Source of the DNA: Myxococcota bacterium
GTDB taxonomy: Bacteria > Myxococcota_A > UBA9160 > UBA6930
Reading direction: 5' to 3'
Length of the DNA stretch: 64,000 nucleotides
NCBI GenBank assembly: GCA_965223415.1
Contig: OZ245002.1
Location: 5,408,001-5,472,000, forward strand
Below are positions 27,806-39,879 of the stretch, piece after piece. The notes under the pieces are model-generated. The model had not been told where the DNA came from. It saw nothing but the letters and a program-made list of their open reading frames with translations, and did no database searches. Made by a program: the position numbers and the translations under genes. Position 1 is the stretch's first letter; every line of letters starts with the position of its first letter.

Positions 27806-28981
27806 ATGCGCTTCGTTGGGATCGACATCGCCTCGGAAACGCACGTCGTCGCGATGGTGGGAGAAGACGGGGGCGTGCTGCTGAAGCCGGTCTCGTTCCG
27901 GGAGGAGGCGGCTGGCTACGCACTGCTGTGGGAGAAGCTGGGAGGCCCCGAGGACACGCTCGTAACGCTCGAGGCAACGGGGCACTACTGGAAGAACCTG
28001 TTCGCGGCGCTTGCGGCGAGGGGTTTTGCCGTGGCGTTGATCAACCCGCTGCGCAGTCGCCGGTTCGCACAAGAAGACTTGGAGCGGACGAAGACCGACG
28101 CAATCGATGCGCTCGGCCTGGCTCGCTTCGGAGCACAGAAGCGTCCGAGGGTGACTCGCCTTCCGGACGCGGCGACAGAAGAGCTTCGTGAGCTCGTCCG
28201 GCTCCGCGATCGTCTGGTTCAGGACTTCGGGGACTGCACCCGGCGGCTCCACCGCATGGTCGATCTGGGCTTCCCAGAGCTCAAACGGTACGTGAAGCAC
28301 CTCGATAGCCAGCTGTCGACGGGGCTGCTGCGGGAGTACCCCACGGCAAGAGCCTTCCAGGAAGCCTCTGTGGGGCGCGTGGCAAAGCTTCGCTACGACG
28401 GTCGTCATCGTGTAGGCGATGCGCTCGCGAAGCAGCTCGTCGAGGCTGCGCAGAACTCGGTGGGCGCCCATCATGGCCCGGCCTACCAGGTGCAGGTGCG
28501 TTACCTGTGCGAAGACATGGACGTCTTGCGCAAGAGACTCGGCGACATCGACCGCGACATCGCGGATCAGCTATCCGCGCACGAGGTCGGAAGCTTGCTG
28601 ACGACGATCGATGGGATCGGGCCGACGACGGCAGCACGGCTCATCGCGGAGCTCGGTGACCCGGCCGACTTCGCCACGGCCGCAGCCCTCGCCGCCTACG
28701 TGGGCGTCGTTCCAGGCCTAAAGCAGTCGGGCAAGCGCCAAGGCAAACGCGGGAACCTCTCGCCAATCGGTCACGCGCGGCTACGTCGCGCACTGTGGAT
28801 GCCGACGTTGGTCGCCGTTCGGAAGAACCCCTGGGTGCGGGCCCACTACGAGCGGCTGCGCGACAACGGCAAGCCCGCAAAGGTCGCGCTGATCGCCTCG
28901 ACGAGGAAGCTGCTCATCGCGGTTCACGTCGTGGCGAGGACCCGCAAGCCCTTCGTTCCACAGCTAGAGACCAACCCATGA
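27806..28981 (+). CDS. IS110 DEDD recombinase
   Basis: VGIDIA, LEATG, KTDAIDA, GIGP, YVG.VP..KQSG. Confidence 0.95.
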   Translation: MRFVGIDIASETHVVAMVGEDGGVLLKPVSFREEAAGYALLWEKLGGPEDTLVTLEATGHYWKNLFAALAARGFAVALINPLRSRRFAQEDLERTKTDAIDALGLARFGAQKRPRVTRLPDAATEELRELVRLRDRLVQDFGDCTRRLHRMVDLGFPELKRYVKHLDSQLSTGLLREYPTARAFQEASVGRVAKLRYDGRHRVGDALAKQLVEAAQNSVGAHHGPAYQVQVRYLCEDMDVLRKRLGDIDRDIADQLSAHEVGSLLTTIDGIGPTTAARLIAELGDPADFATAAALAAYVGVVPGLKQSGKRQGKRGNLSPIGHARLRRALWMPTLVAVRKNPWVRAHYERLRDNGKPAKVALIASTRKLLIAVHVVARTRKPFVPQLETNP

Positions 28982-29026
28982 ACCGAGAAAACCGGGCCCA
29001 GCCCCTTGCTGAAGATCACGGTATCT

Positions 29027-29112
29027 CAGGTTCGAAGCCTGGTCCAAGAAGAAGAAGTGACGCGGGGTTACGTCTCGTTGCAGTGCAGGGGGGTGCAATA
29101 GGGTGCAGGAAG
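29027..29112 (-). repeat. Right part of the tRNA-Arg fragment plus GTGCA x3
   Basis: Near copy of 14711-14796; GTGCA at 29083, 29093, 29103. Confidence 0.85.
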
Positions 29113-29179
29113 GTGTCGTTTCGACGGCACCGAGTCGCGGGACGGCACTATACGGCGCCTCTCTAGAGAGTCTCCTCGC

Positions 29180-30442
29180 CTAAGAACTCTCGAGCACGAC
29201 CGGCAGCGATTCGAGCCCCAGCACGAAGCTGCCGCGGCGCATGTCCAGCGGGGCGTCCGGTTCCGCGAGCGCGATGTCCGGGAGCCGGTCGAGCAGTTCG
29301 TCGAAGAGGACGCGCAGTTCGAGGCGGGCCAGCTGTGCGCCAAGGCAGTGGTGCCGCCCGTAGCCGCCGAAGGCCATGTGCAGGTTCGGCGACCGGCGGA
29401 TGTCGAAGCGGTAGGGGTCCTCGAAGACGTCCTCGTCGCGATTGCCCGACGGGTAGAGCAGCAGCAGCTTCTCTCCGTTCCGGATCTGCTGGCCCCCGAA
29501 CTCGACGTCGCGCGTCGCCGTGCGGGACATGTTCTTGACCGGCGTGACCCAGCGGAGCATCTCCTCGATGGCTCCCTTCAGGAGCGAGCGGTCGGTGCGC
29601 AGTGCTTCCCACTGGTCGCGGTGGCGCATCAGCGCCTCGAAGCCGCCGGACATCACGTGCCGCGTCGTCTCGTCGCCTCCGACCAGGATGAGCATCGCCT
29701 CGGAGATCACGTCGTCGAGCGAGAGCTGCTGGCCCTCGAAGTCTGCATTGACGACGAGGCTGATCAGATCCTCGCCCTCGTTCCCCTGACGCCCCGTGAC
29801 GATCGGATGCATGTACCGGTTGTACTCGCCTACGGCCGCGAGGAGTCCGTCGACGTCGTCGAAGTTCCCGGCGGCGAAGATGTCCGACCAGTAGAGAAGC
29901 TTGGCATGGTCTTCTTCCGGGAGCCCCATCAGCGCACCGATCATGTACATCGGGAGCGGTGTCGCGAGGTCCCGGACGAAGTCGCCGGAGCCGCGCTCGA
30001 CAAGGGCGTCGATCAACTGGGTGACCTTCTCTCGCAGGTACGGCTCGTGCGCTTCGACGCGCCTCGGCGTGAATCCGGCACTGACGATGCCGCGACGCAG
30101 ATTGTGTTCGGGCGGGTCGCAGTTGATCATCTGCGGGGCCCGTCCCTGGGGACGCGAACCCTCGCCCGAGCAGAAAGTGTCGTGGTCCCGGGCCACCTCC
30201 ATGATGTCTTCGTAGCGGGCGATCCCCCAGATCCCCGAATGGTCGTCCCAGTAGACGGGTGCCTCCCTTCGCATCCATTCGTAGTGAGGCCCCGGGTCGG
30301 CATGGAAGTCGGGATGCAGGAGACGGATCTCCGGACGGGTGGGGTGCTCGGGGGTTCGCGTCCCGGCACTCGCCAGGACCCCCGACTTCAGCCTCTCGAC
30401 CTGCTTCTCGCTGAGCAGGGGGCGATCCGGCGTTTCTGCCAT
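29180..30442 (-). CDS. Cytochrome P450 (CYP142/125-like)
   Basis: GGDETT, EMLRW, FGGYGRHHCLG. Confidence 0.92.
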   Translation of the reverse strand: MAETPDRPLLSEKQVERLKSGVLASAGTRTPEHPTRPEIRLLHPDFHADPGPHYEWMRREAPVYWDDHSGIWGIARYEDIMEVARDHDTFCSGEGSRPQGRAPQMINCDPPEHNLRRGIVSAGFTPRRVEAHEPYLREKVTQLIDALVERGSGDFVRDLATPLPMYMIGALMGLPEEDHAKLLYWSDIFAAGNFDDVDGLLAAVGEYNRYMHPIVTGRQGNEGEDLISLVVNADFEGQQLSLDDVISEAMLILVGGDETTRHVMSGGFEALMRHRDQWEALRTDRSLLKGAIEEMLRWVTPVKNMSRTATRDVEFGGQQIRNGEKLLLLYPSGNRDEDVFEDPYRFDIRRSPNLHMAFGGYGRHHCLGAQLARLELRVLFDELLDRLPDIALAEPDAPLDMRRGSFVLGLESLPVVLESS

Positions 30443-30550
30443 CAGGCTTCTCCTCGCTGGGTCACGGCCAACGGTAGTGCCTTAGAAGAATAATTTACAG
30501 AATTTATTCCCGAATATGATAGTGTCGACCTCATACCAGGAGGCGCAGGT

Positions 30551-31774
30551 ATGGATCACTTCTCGATCTTCGATGCAGACAACCACTACTACGAAACCAC
30601 CGATGCGTTCACGCGGTTCTTGCCGAAGCGCTACGACGGTCTCATCAAGTACGTCGAGGTGGACGGTCGCACGAAGCTCGCCATCCGGAACGTGATCTCG
30701 GAATACATCCCGAACCCGACCTTCAACGTCGTCGCTCCCCCCGGACGCTTCGAGATCGCCTACCGGCTGAAGAACCCCGACTCCAAGACCGCACCCGGCG
30801 AGACGCAGGAGTTGCCGCCCCGCTACGAGAAGTCCATTCCCGCCTACTTCGAGCCCGAGCCTCGAATCAAGCTGATGGACGAGCTGGGTGTCGACCGGAC
30901 CTTGTTGTGGCCGACCCTGGCGACGTTGATCGAAGAACGCCTCGCCGACGATCCGGTGACGACGCACGACGTCGTCCATGCGTTCAACCGCTGGCTGCAC
31001 GATCAATGGTCGTTCGGCTTCGAGGACCGCATCTTCGCGGCACCGCTCATCACGCTGCCGATCGTGGACAAGGCGATCGAGGAACTCGAGTGGGCCCTCG
31101 AACACGGCGCGAGAGTGATCCTCGTGCGCCCCGCCCCGGTCCCGGACTTCAACGGCCGTCGTCGGTCGTTCGCGCTACCCGAGTTCGACCCCTTCTGGGC
31201 ACGGGTCGAAGAGGCCGGTGTGTTGGTGGGCATGCACGGCGGTGACACCGGGTTCCAGCGCTACCTGAACGACTACGAAGGACACACCGGCGAATTCCTG
31301 CCGTTCGATGCTGGGATCTCGGGTTTCACGAAGCTGGTGAACGCCGAATCTCGGCCCATCGTGGACGTGATCAGCTCGATCGTGGGCCACGGCCTGCTCG
31401 CACGATTCCCGAAACTGCGGATGCTCCCGATCGAGACCGGGTCGGCGTGGGTGCTGCCCCTGCTCGCGAAGTTCAAGAAGGTCTATGGCCGTTCGTCGGC
31501 CGCGTTCGCCGAGGATCCGATGGAGGGCTTCGAGCGCTGCATCTGGATCCACCCGTTCCATGAAGAGGACACCGTGAACCTCGCCAGGGAGATCGGCCCG
31601 CACAAGGTGACCTTCGGTTCCGACTACCCGCACCCCGAAGGCCTCGACAAGCCGAGGGCCTTCGTCCATGAGCTCGACGGCCTAGAAGAAGCGGACCAGC
31701 GGAAGATCATGGGCGGCAACCTCGCCGCTCTCATGAACGCGACCGCCCAGGGGCACGACCCCAGGGAGGCGTGA
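30551..31774 (+). CDS. Amidohydrolase_2 family
   Basis: DADNH, FGSDYPH. Confidence 0.88.
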   Translation: MDHFSIFDADNHYYETTDAFTRFLPKRYDGLIKYVEVDGRTKLAIRNVISEYIPNPTFNVVAPPGRFEIAYRLKNPDSKTAPGETQELPPRYEKSIPAYFEPEPRIKLMDELGVDRTLLWPTLATLIEERLADDPVTTHDVVHAFNRWLHDQWSFGFEDRIFAAPLITLPIVDKAIEELEWALEHGARVILVRPAPVPDFNGRRRSFALPEFDPFWARVEEAGVLVGMHGGDTGFQRYLNDYEGHTGEFLPFDAGISGFTKLVNAESRPIVDVISSIVGHGLLARFPKLRMLPIETGSAWVLPLLAKFKKVYGRSSAAFAEDPMEGFERCIWIHPFHEEDTVNLAREIGPHKVTFGSDYPHPEGLDKPRAFVHELDGLEEADQRKIMGGNLAALMNATAQGHDPREA

Positions 31775-32985
31775 TGGACCTGACCTACGGAGAGGAATAC
31801 GACGTCTTCCGCGAGGAGGTGCGCGCGTTCCTGGGCCGGCATTGGCCGCCTTCCGGGAGCGGCGAGCGACCGACGGCCGACGAGGTCGCGGCGTTTCGCG
31901 ACCTCGCAACCGAACACGGCTTCCTGCGCCGCTCGATCCCGCGCCGCTACGGCGGGTCCGAGCAGCCGCCCGACGTCATCGAAGGCGCGATTCTGCGTGA
32001 GGAATTCAGGCGGGTTCGCGCCCCGATGGATCCGAGCGGCGTCGGCACGATGATGCTCGTCCCGACGCTGCTCGACCGCGGTGCCGAGTGGCAGAAGGAC
32101 AAGTTCGTGCGGCCGACGATGCGCGGCGAGATGATCTGGTGCCAGGGCTATAGCGAGCCGGGGGCGGGCAGCGACTTGGCGTCGATCTCGACGCGCGGCG
32201 AGTTGGTCGGCGATAAATGGGTGATCAATGGGCAGAAGGTCTGGACCAGCGGCGCTCATGCGTCCGACTGGATGTTCTGCCTGGTCCGCACCGAACCGCA
32301 TGCGCCCAAGCATGCCGGCATCTCCTACCTGCTGATCGAGATGAACCAACCCGGCATCGAGGTGAAGCCGTTGCGCCAGATGACCGGTGCAGCGGACTTC
32401 AACGAGGTCTTCTTCACCGACGTGCGTACGCCCAAGGACCACATCGTCGGCGAGCGTGGCCAGGGCTGGCAGGTCTCCCGGACGACGCTCAAGCACGAAC
32501 GCAACTGGATCGGCGCCGCGACGCAGACCACGAAGCTGTTCGAGGGCCTGGTGCAGCTGGCGAGCACGACGTCCCGGGGCGGCCGGCGCAACATCGAGGA
32601 TCCGGCCGTGCGGCGACGTCTGGTCGAGATCGAAGGCTATGTGCGGGCGCACGAGTACTCGAGCTACCGGCAGCTCACGAAGAACGCCAAGGGCGAGGAC
32701 CCCGGCATCATCCAGCAGATGAACAAGTTGAGTTCGACGAACATCGGTCAACGTGTCGCCGCGCTCGCACTCGACCTGCTGGGCGACGGAGGTTTGCTCG
32801 ATGCGACCGGGATCGAGCGCGACGGGCAACGCCCGACGAACGAGCGATCCTGGATCACGCACTACATGTACACGCTCGCCGGAGCGATCGCGGGCGGGAC
32901 GGCGAACATCCAACGCAACCTGATCGCCGAACGCGGGCTCGGGCTTCCACGCGACGTCCACCTCCAGAAGGACGCCGCACGATGA
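31771..32985 (+). CDS. Acyl-CoA dehydrogenase
   Basis: WCQGYSEPGAGSDL, NGQKVWTS, IAGGTANIQRN. Confidence 0.92.
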   Translation: MMDLTYGEEYDVFREEVRAFLGRHWPPSGSGERPTADEVAAFRDLATEHGFLRRSIPRRYGGSEQPPDVIEGAILREEFRRVRAPMDPSGVGTMMLVPTLLDRGAEWQKDKFVRPTMRGEMIWCQGYSEPGAGSDLASISTRGELVGDKWVINGQKVWTSGAHASDWMFCLVRTEPHAPKHAGISYLLIEMNQPGIEVKPLRQMTGAADFNEVFFTDVRTPKDHIVGERGQGWQVSRTTLKHERNWIGAATQTTKLFEGLVQLASTTSRGGRRNIEDPAVRRRLVEIEGYVRAHEYSSYRQLTKNAKGEDPGIIQQMNKLSSTNIGQRVAALALDLLGDGGLLDATGIERDGQRPTNERSWITHYMYTLAGAIAGGTANIQRNLIAERGLGLPRDVHLQKDAAR

Positions 32986-34058
32986 ACTTTGATGTGTCCG
33001 CGGAGCAGGAACTGCTCCAGGGCGTGATCCGCGAGTTCCTCGAGCGCGAGTGGCCGCCGCGGGCCACGCGCGAGGTCATCGAGTCCGACACGGGCTTCGA
33101 CCCCGGCTTGTGGAAAGGACTCGTCGAACTCGGCGTGACGGGCACCCAAATCGAAGAGGAGTGGGGTGGGGCGGGCCTGGAGCTGCTCGACCTCGCATTG
33201 GTCGCCGAGGCCCTCGGCTACGGCGGCGTGCCGGGCCCGTTCCTCGGTCACGTCCTCGCGGCGATGGCGATCCAGCTAGCCGGCTCGGCCGACCAGCGAC
33301 GAAGCTGGCTGCCGCGCCTCGCGGCAGGCGACGCGATCGGCACCGTCGCGTTCGCCGAGGAGGGCGGCGCATGGCAGCCGAACGAGTGGAAGCTGGGCGC
33401 CGGTGATTCGCTCACGGGCACGAAGCTCCACGTTCCGTTCGCCTCGGTCGCCGATGTCCTCGTCGTGGGGACCGCGGGCGGCGGCTTCGTCCTCGTCGAG
33501 CGCGATGCCGCCGGCATGAGCGTCGAGGCCTCCGAAGGCGTCGATCGGTCGCGGCGCATCGACAACGTGACCTTCGATGCCACCCCCTGCGAAGTTCTCC
33601 CCGATGCCGTGGGTGCGGCACCGCGTGTCCGCGACGCTGCGCTCGTCCTGCTGGCCGCGGATGCCTTCGGTTGTGGCTCACGGCTCGTCGAGATGTCGGT
33701 CGACTACGCGAAGGCCCGCGAGCAGTTCGGTGTCACGATCGGCCACTTCCAGGCGGTGAAGCATCAGCTGGCGACGATGGCCGTGGAGCTCGAGCCGTCG
33801 CGGGCGCTCTTCTGGTACGCCGCCCATGCGTTCGACGACTTGCCCGACGAGCGCGAACGCACGGCAACCCTCGCCAAAGCGCACATCACCGACCGGGTGA
33901 TGCAGATCGCGCGCGACGCGGTCGAGGCGCACGGCGGGATCGGGTTCACCTGGGAATGCGACGTCCAGCTGTGGTTCAAGCGGGCGATGTTCGATCGCGC
34001 GTTCCTGGGTACCCCGGACGTGCACCGTGACCGGGCGGCAGGGCTGGCCGGCTGGTAG
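32982..34058 (+). CDS. Acyl-CoA dehydrogenase (partner subunit)
   Basis: REQFG..IGHFQAVKH, HGGIGFTWE. Confidence 0.9.
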   Translation: MNFDVSAEQELLQGVIREFLEREWPPRATREVIESDTGFDPGLWKGLVELGVTGTQIEEEWGGAGLELLDLALVAEALGYGGVPGPFLGHVLAAMAIQLAGSADQRRSWLPRLAAGDAIGTVAFAEEGGAWQPNEWKLGAGDSLTGTKLHVPFASVADVLVVGTAGGGFVLVERDAAGMSVEASEGVDRSRRIDNVTFDATPCEVLPDAVGAAPRVRDAALVLLAADAFGCGSRLVEMSVDYAKAREQFGVTIGHFQAVKHQLATMAVELEPSRALFWYAAHAFDDLPDERERTATLAKAHITDRVMQIARDAVEAHGGIGFTWECDVQLWFKRAMFDRAFLGTPDVHRDRAAGLAGW

Positions 34059-34122
34059 GCGTCCGACCCGCACTCCGGCTCCTCTTTCGAAAGCGCAGCG
34101 CAAACTGATAGGGTTCCGACCC

Positions 34123-34815
34123 GTGGCCGAGACTTCGAATCCCAAGACCGCCTCGAGAGGCCGCCCCCCGCGCGTCACCGCGGAACGTCTGCAGGACGCG
34201 ATCCTCGCCATCGAGGGAGAAGTACCGACGCTGCCGGGCCTTGCCCGACAACTCGGCATCGGCGTGGCCACGATCTACAGCCACGTTCGTGGCCAGGAGG
34301 AACTCCGGCGGCTTGCGGCGGATGTCGTCCTGGACACCTGGCCGATTCCGCCCGCTCAACCGGGCACCCACTGGGCGGATTGGCTGCTCGAGTACGCGCG
34401 CGACTCCCGCCGCATGATCGAACGTTATCCCGTCGCCCATGGAACCCGGCCGATGGCCGGCGGCCAGCTCCGCCACGCCGAACGCGTCCTCGCCCAGCTG
34501 ATCGCGCTCGGGATGAACGGCAGCGAGGCTGTGTACGCGTTCCACCAGGTCGGGCTCCTGGTACTCGGACTCGGAGCGCAGATCGAAGCAACGCGGGCCG
34601 AGGGTGCGCAGTCCGGTCTCGACGAATGGGGACTGCTCCAGGAAGCGTTCGCGAGCCATCCGGATGAGCTGCCTGTCCTGGGTGGACTCGAGCGGACCGA
34701 TCTCCCCTCTCTGAACGCCGCCTTCGACGAACTGGTCTGGTTCACGCTCGCAGGCATCGCCCGCCGCCGAGGTGAGGTCTTGCCCAACCAGCCTCCGGCT
34801 GCGACGGCGCCGTAG
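34123..34815 (+). CDS. TetR-family regulator
   Basis: GRPPR..LARQLGIGVATIYSHV; start inferred. Confidence 0.75.
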   Translation: MAETSNPKTASRGRPPRVTAERLQDAILAIEGEVPTLPGLARQLGIGVATIYSHVRGQEELRRLAADVVLDTWPIPPAQPGTHWADWLLEYARDSRRMIERYPVAHGTRPMAGGQLRHAERVLAQLIALGMNGSEAVYAFHQVGLLVLGLGAQIEATRAEGAQSGLDEWGLLQEAFASHPDELPVLGGLERTDLPSLNAAFDELVWFTLAGIARRRGEVLPNQPPAATAP

Positions 34816-34849
34816 GCTCGGACCTCCGGAAGATCCACGGCACTCCCCT

Positions 34850-35704
34850 TCAGGGCGTCTCGAGCGACGATCCCTGGATCGAGGAGCAGTGAAGCGCCAT
34901 CTCACTGTACTTGTCAGCGAGAGCCTCCATCCCCGGTGCGATCTCGACATCGTGGGGCGTGTAGCTGGGCATGTAGATGCGGAGCAGCCCCGGAAACACA
35001 TCGCGGACCCTGCCGGATCGGGGAACGAGGGATGCCTCCCTCAACTCCGCCTTCTCCCGTGCGCTGCGCTTCGGCGGCGGACGCACGGACATCATGTACT
35101 TCACCACGCGGCGCACCCATCTGGAGAAGTGGAGTTGGGCCCAGGTGCCGACGGCCAGGCGATAGAGGTAGCCGCCGCAAACGTGATCGTAGACGTCGAA
35201 TGCGACGGTGCGATGCTCCAGCTCTTCGACGAAGTGCCACTCCCACATCTGCAGGAAGGTGGGAAGGTCTTCGCCGAAACCGTTCGGTTCCATCAGGTGC
35301 TTGACCACGTGCATCGTGAAGGCTTCGAAGCCTTCCGCGTACGCGAGGTTGAAGCGCAGCGACTTGGTCTTGGAGAATCGGTGGTAGTCGTCCGAGAGCT
35401 CCTTCTCCAGCGTCTCGAGTCCGGGAAAGCCCGAGCGGCGGATGGTCTCATTGAACTTCATGTGCATCCGGTAGTGCTGGCCCTCCTGGGCGGCGAACCC
35501 CTTCAGGCCCTCGAGAACCTTCGGATCGGTGACATGGCTCTGTGCGGCCTTCATCGACCGAATCAAGTAGGGCTCCAGGTGCGGGAGCAGGAGCGAGGCG
35601 GCGATGAAGGTGAACGACTGTTCGTGATCGCCCTCGATGAAGACCGGGTCGATCTCATCAGGAAACTCGAACGGCATCCGTCGGACGGTGATGGTGTCCA
35701 GCAT
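34850..35704 (-). CDS. Predicted metal-dependent hydrolase
   Basis: QEGQH, EAFT, WHFVEELEHRTVAFDV. Confidence 0.85.
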   Translation of the reverse strand: MLDTITVRRMPFEFPDEIDPVFIEGDHEQSFTFIAASLLLPHLEPYLIRSMKAAQSHVTDPKVLEGLKGFAAQEGQHYRMHMKFNETIRRSGFPGLETLEKELSDDYHRFSKTKSLRFNLAYAEGFEAFTMHVVKHLMEPNGFGEDLPTFLQMWEWHFVEELEHRTVAFDVYDHVCGGYLYRLAVGTWAQLHFSRWVRRVVKYMMSVRPPPKRSAREKAELREASLVPRSGRVRDVFPGLLRIYMPSYTPHDVEIAPGMEALADKYSEMALHCSSIQGSSLETP

Positions 35705-35754
35705 GGTTTCTCCTCGGGGCAAAATGCAACTCGGCCGCACTGGGATGTTCGACA

Positions 35755-36573
35755 TCATCCGTCGTCTTCATTCCAGAACAGACGCGCCGCGTTCTGGTAG
35801 AGAAAACGATCGAGGACCCCGGGGCGAAGGTCGAGCTTTCGCGCCTCTTCGACACATCTGGGCATCTGAATGGCCGGATGGTCGGACGCGAAGATGGTCT
35901 TCTTCTGGCCACGCGTATTCATGAAATGAATCAGCTCGGGCGGGAAGTGCTTGGGAAGGTAGGCCGACGTCATCAGGTGCAACCCGGGATACTTGAGCAT
36001 CAGGCGAAACGCGACCTGCCACCACGGATCGGCGCCGTGGGCCATCACGAGCTTCAATTCTGGAAAGTGGAGGCAGACCCGATCGAGGAACATCGGGTTC
36101 TGGCATTCGCCCGGCACCTGTGGCCCGGGAATTCCGGTGTTGATCGTGATGGGCAGGTCGAGCTCGATGCACTTCGCATACACCGGGTAGTAGATGGCGT
36201 CGTTCGGTGGGATGTCGAACAAGAAGGGGGTGATGCGCGCCAGCACCACCGGGTGGTCCCGTCGGAAGGACTCGAGTGCGCGGAGTGTCTTCATCCCGCG
36301 GCGTGGGTTCAGCTGGGCGCCGAGCGAGAACCGTTCCGGGTGCTTCTCGGGAAACTTCATGACGTGCTCGGACGGCTTCGCGGGATCCGTCGTCAGGATG
36401 GCCCGCGCGACGCCGCAGCCATCCATCATGTCGAGCATCTCCTGGACTTCGTAGTTGCGGAAGAAGTCCTCGCCCTGCTTGAAGTAGTCCTTCCCTACCT
36501 GTTCCAGGTAAGCGGGCCGGCCGAACTCGGCCACGTTCACGTTCACCCAGCAGTCGATTGCGCGCGGCGCCAA
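35755..36573 (-). CDS. Amidohydrolase_2 family
   Basis: YYPVYAKC.EL, MAHG, IFASDHP. Confidence 0.85.
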   Translation of the reverse strand: MAPRAIDCWVNVNVAEFGRPAYLEQVGKDYFKQGEDFFRNYEVQEMLDMMDGCGVARAILTTDPAKPSEHVMKFPEKHPERFSLGAQLNPRRGMKTLRALESFRRDHPVVLARITPFLFDIPPNDAIYYPVYAKCIELDLPITINTGIPGPQVPGECQNPMFLDRVCLHFPELKLVMAHGADPWWQVAFRLMLKYPGLHLMTSAYLPKHFPPELIHFMNTRGQKKTIFASDHPAIQMPRCVEEARKLDLRPGVLDRFLYQNAARLFWNEDDG

Positions 36574-36719
36574 GGTCTCTTCCTCCGGAAGGGTGGGCGG
36601 CCGCGAGGCAGCCTATCATATTTGAGATCTTTTTCTGTAAATCATTCTCTAAATGATCTACAGTAGGTCCCACGGCCGAGCTTCGGCTCACCGCAACCGC
36701 CGATGGGAGCCTGCAGCGC

Positions 36720-37907
36720 ATGAAGTTCGGAATCTTCTACGAGCACCAGCTGCCCCGGCCGTGGACGGACGATGCCGAGCATCGGCTGATGAAGGACTCG
36801 CTCGCCCAGTGCGAGCTCGCGGACAAGCTCGGGTACGACTACGCGTGGGAAGTCGAGCACCACTTTCTCGAGGAGTACTCCCACTCCTCGGCGCCCGAGG
36901 TCTTCCTCGCCGCCGCGAGCCAGCGCACCGAGCGGATCCGGCTGGCGCACGGAATCATCCAGCTGACGACGAACCACCCGGCGCGAGTGGCCGAGCGAGT
37001 CTCCACACTCGACCTCGTCAGCGACGGGCGCGTGGAGCTCGGGATCGGTGAGGGTTCGACGTCGACCGAGCTGCACCCGTTCGATCGGCGATTCCGCGAC
37101 AAGCGGCCGGTCTGGGAGGACGCCGTTCGGGCGCTCATCCCGATGTTCACGGAGCCGGTCGCCGAGTATCACGGAACCCACTTCGACTTCCCGCCGCGCA
37201 ACGTCTTGCCGAAGCCGTTGCAGAAGCCGCATCCGCCCTTGTGGGTGGCGTGTTCCCAGCTCGAGACGATCCAGATGGCGGGGATGCGCGGCATGGGCGC
37301 GTTGGGCTTCCAGTTCGCCTCGGCCGACACCGCGACGAAGTGGGTCCATGCCTACTACGACGCCTACCTGAATCAGCTGGACAAGCTCGCGGACTACCAG
37401 ACGAACCCGAACATCGCCGTCGTCTCCGGCTTCATGTGCGCCGAGACCGACGAAGAGGCCCTGCGAAAGGCCGATGGTTGGACCTTCTTCCAGTTCGCGC
37501 TCCGGTACTACGGGAGCAAGGGCGTGCTTCCCCCCGGAGAAGTCTCGCTCTGGGAGGAGTACGAGAAGTGGCGGGCGACGCCGGAGGGCCAGAAGCAGAG
37601 CCGCACCGGGCTGATCGGCTCGCCCGACACACTGCGGCGTCGTCTCCGCAAGTTCGAGCAGTCGAACGTGGACCAGGTCATCCTGCTCAATCAGGCTGGC
37701 AAGAATACGCACGAGGACATCTGTTCGAGCCTCGAGTTGTTCGCGCGCGAAGTGATGCCGGAGTTCCACGGTCGCGACCCGGAACACCAGGAATGGAAGC
37801 GCGCGGTCCTCAACCGGGAGCTCGTACTCGACCGTCCGGACACGACGCAGCCCGAGGACACCACCGCTCTCTTCAAGCCGACGCAGCCACCGTCCTCGGG
37901 GGCGTGA
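36720..37907 (+). CDS. LLM-class flavin-dependent oxidoreductase
   Basis: EHHFLEEYSHSSAPE, GRVELG.G, PKPLQKPHPPLW. Confidence 0.9.
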   Translation: MKFGIFYEHQLPRPWTDDAEHRLMKDSLAQCELADKLGYDYAWEVEHHFLEEYSHSSAPEVFLAAASQRTERIRLAHGIIQLTTNHPARVAERVSTLDLVSDGRVELGIGEGSTSTELHPFDRRFRDKRPVWEDAVRALIPMFTEPVAEYHGTHFDFPPRNVLPKPLQKPHPPLWVACSQLETIQMAGMRGMGALGFQFASADTATKWVHAYYDAYLNQLDKLADYQTNPNIAVVSGFMCAETDEEALRKADGWTFFQFALRYYGSKGVLPPGEVSLWEEYEKWRATPEGQKQSRTGLIGSPDTLRRRLRKFEQSNVDQVILLNQAGKNTHEDICSSLELFAREVMPEFHGRDPEHQEWKRAVLNRELVLDRPDTTQPEDTTALFKPTQPPSSGA

Positions 37908-37980
37908 GGTTCATCGGGCCGGCGGATGTCGGCCCTTCACGGGCTTCGGCCCTGCACTCGACTCCATCTGGAGGCACACG

Positions 37981-39738
<1,758 letters not shown>

Positions 39739-39879
39739 TGGACGCGAGGGCCGACCCGGGGCTCACGATCTGAAGGCGAGGTCGCCCTCCGCTCGGTGGC
39801 CGACACGGCGGAGCTGGGGCCGGGAACACTGGAGATCTCCCGTGGTTGCGCCACCGTCGGAACGGCGAGGAGGACCCAC

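Larger units (their letters stand above)
27567..29026 (+). mobile_element. IS110-family element inserted in a tRNA-Arg repeat
   Basis: CT core at 27565-27566 and 29025-29026; removal gives CCCCCGACCCTCAGGTTCGAAGCCTGG. Confidence 0.92.
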
